IMG/VR virus record: IMGVR_UViG_3300014205_000212
Location: 10,107 to 74,106 of that record
DNA from: a virus
Lineage: Duplodnaviria > Caudoviricetes
DNA length: 64,000 bases
Direction: 5' to 3' (one strand)
Made by a program: the position numbers and the translations under genes. The notes under the pieces were generated by a model, which was not told where the DNA came from, made no database searches, and saw nothing but the letters and a program-made list of their open reading frames with translations. Shown piece after piece: positions 17,082 to 25,804 of this stretch. How positions within the stretch are numbered: position 1 is the stretch's first letter; each line of letters opens with the position of its first letter.

Positions 17082-17912
17082 ATGTGTACAAGAGTATTAG
17101 AGTTTAAAGAGAAACAAGAAGTTATTACATTAGATGAATTAAAATTATCTGTAACAGCTAAAGCAGCAGGAGTAAAGAGACAAATAGAGCATTTTAATAT
17201 CTTTGATGATATATTAGAAAAATGTGTTAAACAAAATTATAATACATTAGTTAGTCCTATTTATGTTGCAGGAGGTGTATCTGCAAAAAAGATTCCTGCA
17301 TTAGAACCTCACGTTGGAGTAAATAATATTCAAGCTTGGTATTTAGATAAAATAACAGGAACAATAACCTTTCCTTCATTTAATAATGAACTTACAACTT
17401 GTAAAATTAATATTGAACATAGTGATAGAGGTTTATCTATTGCATTTGGTAAAGTTGTTTTGATCTGCAGTAATGGAATGACTGCATTTAGAAGTGATAT
17501 AGTAACTACATATGGTGAAGGTAAGTTAAACTATAATCAATGTTTAGAACTTGTAGAAAAATGGTTATATGAACTTCCAGAGAAAAACGAACAATATGAT
17601 AATCTAATTACACAAATGATTAATAGACCTATCATTAAAGAAGCAATACCTGAACTTATAGGTAAGTTAGAACTTAAAGCTGTAGAACAAGCATATTGTA
17701 AAGGTGATGAAGCTCCATTTAATATTTCTCAAGTATCTAATTTCTCTAAAAATATTATCACATCTTATAAAGAAGAAAAACCTATTACTAATGTTTGGGA
17801 ATTATATAATGCAGGAACATTAATTCAAAAACCAAACTTAATGGATATTAGTACTATAAATAATACTAACTTCCTTCTTACAGATTTCTTTATGAAAGAA
17901 TATTTAAATTAA
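17082..17912 (+). CDS. DUF932-like protein
   Basis: LSIAFGKVVLICSNGM and terminal NVWELYNAGT motifs. Confidence 0.55.
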   Translation: MCTRVLEFKEKQEVITLDELKLSVTAKAAGVKRQIEHFNIFDDILEKCVKQNYNTLVSPIYVAGGVSAKKIPALEPHVGVNNIQAWYLDKITGTITFPSFNNELTTCKINIEHSDRGLSIAFGKVVLICSNGMTAFRSDIVTTYGEGKLNYNQCLELVEKWLYELPEKNEQYDNLITQMINRPIIKEAIPELIGKLELKAVEQAYCKGDEAPFNISQVSNFSKNIITSYKEEKPITNVWELYNAGTLIQKPNLMDISTINNTNFLLTDFFMKEYLN

Positions 17913-17925
17913 GTTATTTAACTTT

Positions 17926-17960
17926 TAGAGGAATATCTTTAATAAGGTATTCCTCTATTT
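17926..17960 (+). terminator. Stem-loop after the recombination cluster (terminator or processing site)
   Basis: tagaggaatatctt-taat-aaggtattcctcta followed by ttt. Confidence 0.55.
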
Positions 17961-17974
17961 AATAAATTAAAATT

Positions 17975-19312
17975 ATGCCTACAAGTATATTCATAGAAAG
18001 TTTAACTAAAAGAAATATTTTAGTTAAAAACGGTAGAGAAGATTTAATATTTCATGTTGGTTCAAGTTCTAAAAATACACATAAATTTATTTCTATATCT
18101 ATTAAAGAAAAAATAATTGGAAACAATAAACATTTCTATTTTTATTTAGATGGAATATTAAAAAAAGAATCAGTTTGGGAATGTAAAAATAATAGAGCAA
18201 CAATTCATATAATAGATATAAATCATGTATAAAAGATTTGCAATAATTGACGATTATGGAACAATACATTCTAGTACCGAAGAAGAAATGAGATTAGCAA
18301 TTACTGCCATGACAGATTCTGATTCTTTAGTAGGCACTAAAAGTGATATATTAAAATTAAAAGCTAAATATTATTCTCCTTGGGTTGGAGATTTAAAATT
18401 AGTAGAAATTCATAAATTATATAAATAATGAAAAAAAGAATAACTAAAGAAGATAATAATACATTAGATAATGTAGAAAAGCCACTTTGGAAAGATATAG
18501 ATGGGAAACCTGTATTGCCTATGAATCATAAAAAGATTTGTGCTAATGCTACTTGGGATTACATTATTGTCTATTTTGATCTTAAAAAATCTCCTGAAGT
18601 ATTTAATATTTCTAAACCTAAAAATAAATGAAAACATTTTATTATACAAGAAATCAAAAAGAAGGACATAGTGGATATATAGTTACATTAGAAATTTATA
18701 AAATAGAGAAAAAAATACCATATCATTTATGTTCTCACACTTTTAATACTGCATCTACAAGAGGAGAAGAATCAGAAGTATTTAATGGATTAGCAAAAAA
18801 TGGTTTTCTTCCAAAGAAATATCAAGATAAGTATGCTAGAGAAATTCCACATAAAGCTTATAGATTATGAAATATTACAATAATAAAGGAGCATTAGTAG
18901 ATAGTCATAATGGAGATGCATTATTTATATTAATAGAATTAGAAAATAATTCTTTTATGTCAGTAGAATATAGTTCTGAAGATTATCCTTCGACAACAAT
19001 ATTATTCTATAAAAATTTAAAAGAAGTAAAAGAATCATTAAAAAATAATCCGGAATGGATATTAAATGGTATTAAAAATATAAAATTAAAGAAATGGTTA
19101 AAATCAATCCAGTAGAAGTTGCAAGTGTATTAGCTACAAATGCAACTTTTGATGAAGTAAAAGTTAATCCTGCAAATAATGTACAGGAAGAAGATGATAT
19201 GTATGAAGAAATAAGTAAAAATGAATATAGATTTAAAGGTATTTTTCAAAATATATTTAATATTCATTATGATTATTATTATAATATTTTAATTGCCCAT
19301 AATTATGAATAA
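17975..19312 (+). other. Run of six short hypothetical CDSs (17975-18232, 18225-18428, 18428-18631, 18628-18870, 18867-19115, 19094-19312)
   Basis: Overlapping start/stop coupling on the same strand. Confidence 0.65.
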
Positions 19313-19395
19313 TTCTAAATTTTAAATAGTAATTAATTGTATAGAATAAATATCTTATTTTAAAAGAATTGTTTGTTTAATTAAATAATTGTCAT

Positions 19396-20016
19396 ATGAA
19401 AATGTTAAAAGAAATAGCTGAAAATTATTCAGCACTAAATTACAACTCTGATAACTATTTTATAGGAGGAGGTTTAGATGGCTCAAAATTCGCTTCTAAT
19501 CGGCACGAGGATGCACGTAATGATTCAGGAAAGCTTACACTTGGGGAATTAACTGCACTTCTCAAGAAGGTCACAAAAATAGACATAGATGTTATAAAGT
19601 CTGTAATTAATTACGCAGTGCCTAACATGGAATGGCATCATGCCGGGAAATTGCCAAAACAATACGGTGGAGGCATGAAGAAGACATATTTTTTAAATGC
19701 AAAAGAAATTTGTGATATTGCAACTAATTTCGAAGATTATAAAAATAAAGTTGAAATTGCAATTGTTACTAAAAAGGCTGAGGCAGAGGCACAAAATACA
19801 TTAGTCCAACGTCAATTAGACTACCTTAAAGGAAATGCCACTAAATTTAGCAGAGTGTCAAATTTACCTCAATTTTACACAATTACTGAAAGCGAAATGA
19901 ACGGTAAATATGGGTGGTTTGATGCTTCCGGAAAGTCGTATAGTTTACCGATATATTACTCCGGTTGGGAATTTAAAAATCAAGAAGATTTAAATAACTA
20001 TCACTTAATTCGTTAA
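19396..20016 (+). CDS. Hypothetical protein with foreign-looking codon usage
   Basis: 206 aa; more C/G-ending and CGN codons than its neighbours; EWHHAG motif. Confidence 0.8.
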   Translation: MKMLKEIAENYSALNYNSDNYFIGGGLDGSKFASNRHEDARNDSGKLTLGELTALLKKVTKIDIDVIKSVINYAVPNMEWHHAGKLPKQYGGGMKKTYFLNAKEICDIATNFEDYKNKVEIAIVTKKAEAEAQNTLVQRQLDYLKGNATKFSRVSNLPQFYTITESEMNGKYGWFDASGKSYSLPIYYSGWEFKNQEDLNNYHLIR

Positions 20017-20177
20017 TATGAAAGTTACTGTGACTTATATCAAAGTAATCAAGAAAGTTATAAAAGCGAAAGACAACGCAGAACTTTTAATACTTATTGA
20101 TGAAAAGTGCCCTAAAGGTTATATTTTACAAAAATTTTAATTTTATAATTTAGTAATAATTTTTAAAACGAAATAAA

Positions 20178-20618
20178 ATGAAAAATACTATTGATAAATT
20201 AAAATTGAAAAAATATCATTCTAAAATAATAAAAGCTAAAATAATAACTAGTAAAAATGCATACGATTATATTAGACAGTTTTACTTTGATGATATAGAT
20301 ATTTATGAAAGTGTTTTTATATTACTCATAGATGCCTCTAATACAACAATAGGATATGCTAAAATAAGTCAAGGAGGAGTTATAGGAACAGTTATAGATG
20401 TTAAGTTAATATGTAAATATGTTATAGATAGTTTAGCGATGGGAGTTATATTAGCTCATAACCATCCTACAGGTAACCTTAAAGCAAGTGATTCTGATAT
20501 GCAAATAACATCTAAAGTAAAAGATGCTTTAAATATCTTTGATTGTAAATTATTAGATCATATTATACTTAGTTCTAATAAATATTTATCCATGGCAGAT
20601 GAAGGAATTTTAATTTAA
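20178..20618 (+). CDS. radC: RadC-like JAB/MPN domain protein
   Basis: E...SQGG...VILAHNHPTGNLKASDSD...LLDHIIL. Confidence 0.92.
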   Translation: MKNTIDKLKLKKYHSKIIKAKIITSKNAYDYIRQFYFDDIDIYESVFILLIDASNTTIGYAKISQGGVIGTVIDVKLICKYVIDSLAMGVILAHNHPTGNLKASDSDMQITSKVKDALNIFDCKLLDHIILSSNKYLSMADEGILI

Positions 20619-20624
20619 AATATT

Positions 20625-21287
20625 ATGAAAAATAAATATGTTTATTATATAATGGAAACTGATATATGGCAATCAAATTATTCAGAAACTCTATTTGGTA
20701 TTTATGATGATTATGATATAACTTTTAAAGAGTTTAATAAATTATCAGAATTTTATAATAAAGAAAATATTAATGGAGATATTATTATGTATTATACTAT
20801 TATAAATCAAAAACATGAATCTATAAAAATTATGTCTAAATCTGGTAATTAATGAATAAAGAAGAAAAAGAATTATTTATAAATAATTTTATAAATAGTA
20901 TAAAAGAAGATTTATTATCTAAATTAGATTCTATTCCTGAAAATTGGGATGGATTTGAATTAAGACATTATATTAATATTAAATTCGAACAAGAAAATTT
21001 ATGGAAAAGAAAAATATTAAGTAATACAGATAAAATAAGAAAACAAAGATGTCTTAATGATATTTATAATAATGGGTTGTAGTGTATTAAATTGGAGTAG
21101 GGAGTTACATAATAAAAAAGTAACTCCTGACCGTAATGATGGTAAAATAACAGTTAAAATACCAAATGGATATATCACATTTTCCACTGAAGAAGAAAAA
21201 CAAGATTGGCTTAAAAGATATTTAAATAAACAAATTGTTGAAAATAAACCTTTAAAATTTAATCGTTATAAAAAAAGAAATAAATGA
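20625..21287 (+). other. Three short hypothetical CDSs (20625-20852, 20852-21082, 21057-21287)
   Basis: Coupled ORFs on the + strand. Confidence 0.6.
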
Positions 21288-21709
21288 AAGCAGAAGAATA
21301 TAAAGACATTTTAAATCATTATATGTATCGTTTTAAATTAGAACATACAGATGAATATCATAATTATATAAAATTAAAATATTTCTATACAAAAAATTCA
21401 GAAATTACAGTAGATAATATTATAAAACTTGTATGTGAAGGAGAGAAAGTAGATATAGAAGATATGAAAAGAACCGGAAGAAATAGAAATTTAAATATTC
21501 AACCTAGACAAATAGCTTCTTATCTTATTACTAAACACATTAAAGGACTTACATTAGAATCAATAGGTAAAGCTTTAAGAAATGAACCTTTAGATCATGC
21601 AACAGTTATTCATGCTAATAAAACTATTAATAATCTTATAGATACAGATAAGAGAATGAAAAATAAATTAATTCATTATGAAGACATCATTAAAGCTTGG
21701 AAAGAATGA
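21284..21709 (+). CDS. Stand-alone DnaA C-terminal (domain IV) HTH protein
   Basis: PRQIASYL...TLESIG...DHATVIHA matches the DnaA domain IV signature. Confidence 0.85.
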   Translation: MKAEEYKDILNHYMYRFKLEHTDEYHNYIKLKYFYTKNSEITVDNIIKLVCEGEKVDIEDMKRTGRNRNLNIQPRQIASYLITKHIKGLTLESIGKALRNEPLDHATVIHANKTINNLIDTDKRMKNKLIHYEDIIKAWKE

Positions 21710-22362
21710 CAGAGATAGAAAAGTTCTTTAAAGATACATATGTTAGAAATACACCTATAATAGAATATCTAAGAGAAGCTACAAGAAATAAATTAGCATA
21801 TTTTATTCCTCTTAATACACCATCATTAAAAAATAGTAAACAGATACAACAGATATTTACTAAGAATTCTACTTGCTGTCATTCTAGAGGTGGATTGGTT
21901 ATTAAAACATCTACAGGAGGATTAATTTGTTCTCATTGTCAACAACCTTGTGGAAGACATACAAGACCTATTTTAAATGCTTCAGATGGCGTACAGGAAT
22001 ATGAAAAAAATATATTACCTTTTGTAAATGTCTTTAAAGGTATATTTAAAGAATGGAAAGTAGGAAAGACAGAACCTTTAGTTATGTGTTTTTATTTTAT
22101 AAGAAACCAATATAGAGATTTTGATTATGGAAACGCTTCTGAGGTACTTTTAGATATGTTTAAAGACCAAACTGATAAGAAGACTAAAGAAGTTATACCG
22201 AGATTAATTACTGATGATTGTATGCGTTTTGTAAAACCTTTCTTTCTAGGTTGTCATTATTCACAAGATAAACCTGGTACTATCATTACTTTACTTACAA
22301 AAGAACTACTTGAAATATATAGTAAAGTATATTTAGATTATAAACCTAATACATTATTCTAA
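21697..22362 (+). CDS. RusA-like Holliday junction resolvase with a Cys-rich insertion
   Basis: TPSLKNSKQ N-motif; FIRNQYRDFDYGN and LITDD acidic motifs; insertion CCH...CSHCQQPC. Confidence 0.55.
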   Translation: MERMTEIEKFFKDTYVRNTPIIEYLREATRNKLAYFIPLNTPSLKNSKQIQQIFTKNSTCCHSRGGLVIKTSTGGLICSHCQQPCGRHTRPILNASDGVQEYEKNILPFVNVFKGIFKEWKVGKTEPLVMCFYFIRNQYRDFDYGNASEVLLDMFKDQTDKKTKEVIPRLITDDCMRFVKPFFLGCHYSQDKPGTIITLLTKELLEIYSKVYLDYKPNTLF

Positions 22363-23119
22363 TGAAAACATATAAACCAATAACTAAAAAAATAATAATA
22401 GATATATTAACCGATGTAGAACATTATAATCAAAGTCCATTAAATTTAATAATTAATGGATATAATATTGATGAAAATATCACTTGTAGAAAAATATGTG
22501 TTAAAAAAGGTAGAATAGAATATTTCTATTATAAAGATTCTCCTGAAAGTATGGAAAGATTTAAAATGTTACTTAACCAAATATTAAATAGAAATGAAAA
22601 AAGTAAGTATAGTAATAGTATCAAGAATGTATAATGTAATACATGAAGATGATTTATCTGAAACAGGAATATTAAGATTAGCAGAAAACAACTTTGATAA
22701 TGAAATTAACCTATTAACTTCTAATTTAGAAGATGGTGATTTTGCTTATGAAATAAAAAGTACTAACGATTATAAAGTTTGATATGGAACAGTCATTTAT
22801 AGAAAAAAGAATTGCAAGTAAAGCAACTGAAAGAGTAGATAAAGATTATAGAGAATTTATAGATTTTTGTAATAAAAATCCTTTTGCTAAACAAATACAA
22901 ATTAAAGTAAATAATATAAATATTTTTTTAACTGGTAATAATTATAATAATCAAGAATTATTTTCTCCTCATAATACAAATAATAAAAATAATGATTTTA
23001 CCAACTATATAGATATATTCAATAAGCTTCAAAAAAAATATGAAAAAGAAGAAACAGAAATTTTACTTGATAAATTAGATAGTGTAAAATATTTATTTGA
23101 TAACTTAAATAACATATAA
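22362..23119 (+). other. Three short hypothetical CDSs (22362-22634, 22594-22782, 22784-23119)
   Basis: Coupled ORFs on the + strand. Confidence 0.6.
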
Positions 23120-23124
23120 TTAAT

Positions 23125-23490
23125 ATGCAAAAACATACAGAAATATATTTAAATCATTTTCATCTTCATCAAGGAGAAGTTATAGTAAGTGAGATATCCG
23201 GAACTACCAATGGTATAAACATTCATCATTTAGATTCTAAAAAGATGGGTGGTAGTGATACTAAAGATTATATAGAGAATCTATGTGCTATTACCATTAC
23301 AGAACATGAGTTATGCCATAGATATAAAGAATATAATGAATATGTAAAGAAGATACATGAATTATTCTTAACTATTAATCCTTATTCTTATCCTCATCTC
23401 TTTCTTGATAATACAATTTATAAAAAATATCAAAAAGATTTATATCAGATACTTAAAGAATGTGGACATTATAAAAAATATAGTAAATGA
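23125..23490 (+). CDS. HNH-family nuclease-like protein
   Basis: IHHLDSKKMGGS...ENLCAITITEHELCH. Confidence 0.7.
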   Translation: MQKHTEIYLNHFHLHQGEVIVSEISGTTNGINIHHLDSKKMGGSDTKDYIENLCAITITEHELCHRYKEYNEYVKKIHELFLTINPYSYPHLFLDNTIYKKYQKDLYQILKECGHYKKYSK

Positions 23491-23505
23491 ATATAGATAA
23501 TAATG

Positions 23506-23633
23506 TAACGGCTGGCGGTATGCGGTCGTTGCCGAACTATCAAATTAGTAATAACTTAAATACGAGAACAAAATTATGAATACAGAAAAAAGTATCAACG
23601 AAGCGGAAGGCAATGCCGTATTACCGCTTGTTA
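23506..23633 (+). repeat. attC-like hairpin site E15 (128 nt)
   Basis: TAACggctg-gcggtatgcggtcgttgcc pairs with ggcaatgccgtattaccgc-ttGTTA, with single-base bulges. Confidence 0.9.
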
Positions 23634-23944
23634 CCACCCGTTTTTTATTGCTCAGTCTGAAATGGACTAACAAAAAAGATAAGTGGTTTACGTTTTGGCG
23701 TGAAAATTCAGCAGGGTATTGCTGGTTCAAAGAATGGTGTGGACTTTATGATATTGAAAAAGCAAGAGAAACGCACGGACACGACAATACTATTATGGTT
23801 GATGGATTCCTTATTAAACACCTTTGGAAAGAAATTGAATACGAAGGTAAAAAACGTGAAATACTTCCAAATACGGAAGAGGTGCGTAAATTTTTATCTA
23901 TTCAACTTCGAGATTTAAAAGCATTGCACCGCACTACTCATTAA
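23576..23944 (+). CDS. Cassette gene, hypothetical; starts inside E15
   Basis: GNAVLPLVTTR is encoded by the right arm and box; closing box ATGGGTGGTAAC (23945-23956). Confidence 0.8.
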   Translation: MNTEKSINEAEGNAVLPLVTTRFLLLSLKWTNKKDKWFTFWRENSAGYCWFKEWCGLYDIEKARETHGHDNTIMVDGFLIKHLWKEIEYEGKKREILPNTEEVRKFLSIQLRDLKALHRTTH

Positions 23945-23952
23945 ATGGGTGG

Positions 23953-24042
23953 TAACGTTTTGCGTATATACGAGGTACGCCTTAACGATGAATTTTAAAT
24001 TACAACAAACGCTTATAGGCGTATCTTGTATATACGCTGTTA
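23953..24042 (+). repeat. attC-like hairpin site E16 (90 nt)
   Basis: TAACgtttt-gcgtatatacgaggtacgcc pairs with ggcgtatcttgtatatacgc-tGTTA. Confidence 0.92.
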
Positions 24043-24057
24043 GCACCAGTACGGATT

Positions 24058-24324
24058 ATGAGAACTGAACTAAATTTATATGATGACAAATTAAAACAAG
24101 CAATACTTGATTTGCCATACAATACAAAGATTGATGATAATGGTGTTGATTGCGATATGGTTTTCATCCCTGAAAGTGATTATGGATTTGCTGAAATATA
24201 CAGAATGTACGATGATATTTTAGTTTTTTTAATCCCAACTTACGGAGGAACACCATCATTGCAATATCACGTTAGTAGACACGCTATTGATTATCTGATT
24301 TCTGAATTGAAAAAGATAACGTAG
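24058..24324 (+). CDS. Cassette gene, hypothetical
   Basis: Between GTTAGCACCAGTAC (24039) and GTATTGGTGCTAAC (24324-24337). Confidence 0.8.
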   Translation: MRTELNLYDDKLKQAILDLPYNTKIDDNGVDCDMVFIPESDYGFAEIYRMYDDILVFLIPTYGGTPSLQYHVSRHAIDYLISELKKIT

Positions 24325-24333
24325 TATTGGTGC

Positions 24334-24450
24334 TAACTAGTTTATATATATAGTTCAAAAAAATGAAGTAATAGATTTATTAAGGCTTTCAACTTAGTTT
24401 TTATAATTATTTTTATACCTATTATATTTTATTACTTCATTTTTTTGAAC
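24334..24450 (+). other. Array-terminal conserved site T4 with a perfect 20-bp inverted repeat
   Basis: TAACtagtttatatatatagttcaaaaaaatgaagtaat; gttcaaaaaaatgaagtaat (24353-24372) is inverted at 24431-24450. Confidence 0.78.
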
Positions 24451-24475
24451 CTTTTAATAAAAATAAAAAAATTAA

Positions 24476-24896
24476 ATGAATAAACTTAAATTAACACATA
24501 AAGAACAACTTATTAAGTTACTTAATGATTTCACAATGTCATATGTTGATGATGGGAAGAAAATAGTATTCTATAATCCTACAGTATATTTCTTACATTA
24601 TATAGACTTTAAAATAAATTTCATGAAAGGAGAATATTATTATGTGTATAAAAGAGGATAAAAGTATTAAATATACAATAACTGATAAATCTTTTTATTA
24701 TAGAATAATGTTTGCTATTTCTTATAAAAATGATATATTTACAGTAGAATGTTCTATGATAAATTCTTCTAAACTATTAAAATTAAATGATATTAATGTT
24801 GAAATACTTTCTACTAAGATACCTCAAAGAGTAAAGAATAAAATAACTAAAGATTTACAATTATTAGTTTATAATAAATATTATTTAAATAAATAA
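24476..24896 (+). other. Two short hypothetical CDSs (24476-24661, 24642-24896)
   Basis: ORF track. Confidence 0.55.
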
Positions 24897-24915
24897 TACT
24901 ATAAATAATTTAATT

Positions 24916-25287
24916 ATGGAAACAAACTTATTTGAACTTATTTGGGATGATTGGGATGGAAGTGATAACTACTTGTTTTTACATTCCAATAAAACGCAAG
25001 AAGAATTTAATTCTGATGTAAAATTATTGCTCAAAAAATATGGCAAAGAGTATATAGATAGTAATATTGACCAATTTGTAGGAGCGGATGGATGGATTAG
25101 TTTCATAGTACCTAAAATGTCCGAACTTGGATATATCCCTGCTATCCCGATGAGATAGATTTTCTCCTATGCTTCAATAATAAAAGATAAAGAAGATGAA
25201 CAAGATAAAAAATGGGGTAATATTGTAGGTAAAAAACTATTAGAAAAAGCGATTCTGAAGAATAAAAAAATTATAGAAAGTCTTTAA
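24916..25287 (+). pseudogene. Hypothetical gene interrupted by an in-frame TAG at 25156-25158
   Basis: The frame continues 42 codons after TAG (IFSYASIIKDKEDEQDKKWGNIVGKKLLEKAILKNKKIIESL*). Confidence 0.5.
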
Positions 25288-25361
25288 AAATGAAATTAGA
25301 CTATTCAACTAATATATTAAATAATATAAGAAATATAAAATTTGAAAAAATATTAGAATAA

Positions 25362-25715
25362 ATGGATGATAAAATTATAATAAATATAGATAAAAACAAG
25401 GTTGATAATATATCAGTTTTAATACCTATAAAAGATTTAAAAGAACTAACTGATTTTAGAAATAATTATCATAAAGATGAAATAACTGTAATAGAATATC
25501 CTAATATATATAATATAAATGAAAATAATTTTAATCCTCGTGATTGTTTAAGAGTTTATAAATTTATGTCTCCAGATGAATTTATGATTAAATTAAATAA
25601 TTTTAATAATACTTTACTTAAAAATATTACAGAATTAATGAAGATAAAAAGTGTAGTTATTGAATACAATAAATTATCTTGGTATAGAAAAATATTCTAT
25701 AATATAAAATTATAA
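25362..25715 (+). CDS. Hypothetical protein
   Basis: 117-aa ORF. Confidence 0.65.
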   Translation: MDDKIIINIDKNKVDNISVLIPIKDLKELTDFRNNYHKDEITVIEYPNIYNINENNFNPRDCLRVYKFMSPDEFMIKLNNFNNTLLKNITELMKIKSVVIEYNKLSWYRKIFYNIKL

Positions 25716-25736
25716 GTTTATTTTTATTTGACTATT

Positions 25737-25778
25737 AGAAGGGTTTGAACTATGACAGTTCAAACCCTTCTTTTTTTT
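25737..25778 (+). terminator. Rho-independent terminator
   Basis: 14-bp stem agaagggtttgaac/gttcaaacccttct, 7-nt loop, T8 tail. Confidence 0.88.
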
Positions 25779-25780
25779 AA

Positions 25781-25788
25781 TATATTTG
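25781..25788 (+). promoter_or_regulatory. Candidate Bacteroidota sigma-A -7 element (TAnnTTTG)
   Basis: TATATTTG lies 16 nt upstream of the glycosyltransferase ATG; no clear -33 box at canonical spacing. Confidence 0.45.
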
Positions 25789-25804
25789 TATAAAGATAAT
25801 TACT

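Noticed and set aside
1826-24450. Hairpin repeats interpreted as a CRISPR array, rho-independent terminators or REP/MITE copies
   Set aside because: The repeats are not sequence-identical and are separated by whole genes. They have 40-150 nt loops and no U-tails. Gene-specific end complementarity is not expected for terminators or REPs.
25741-25770. Terminator arm gttcaaa as a fifth array-terminal site
   Set aside because: Only about 8 nt match. There is no TAAC or cassette upstream, and the hairpin is fully explained as a terminator.
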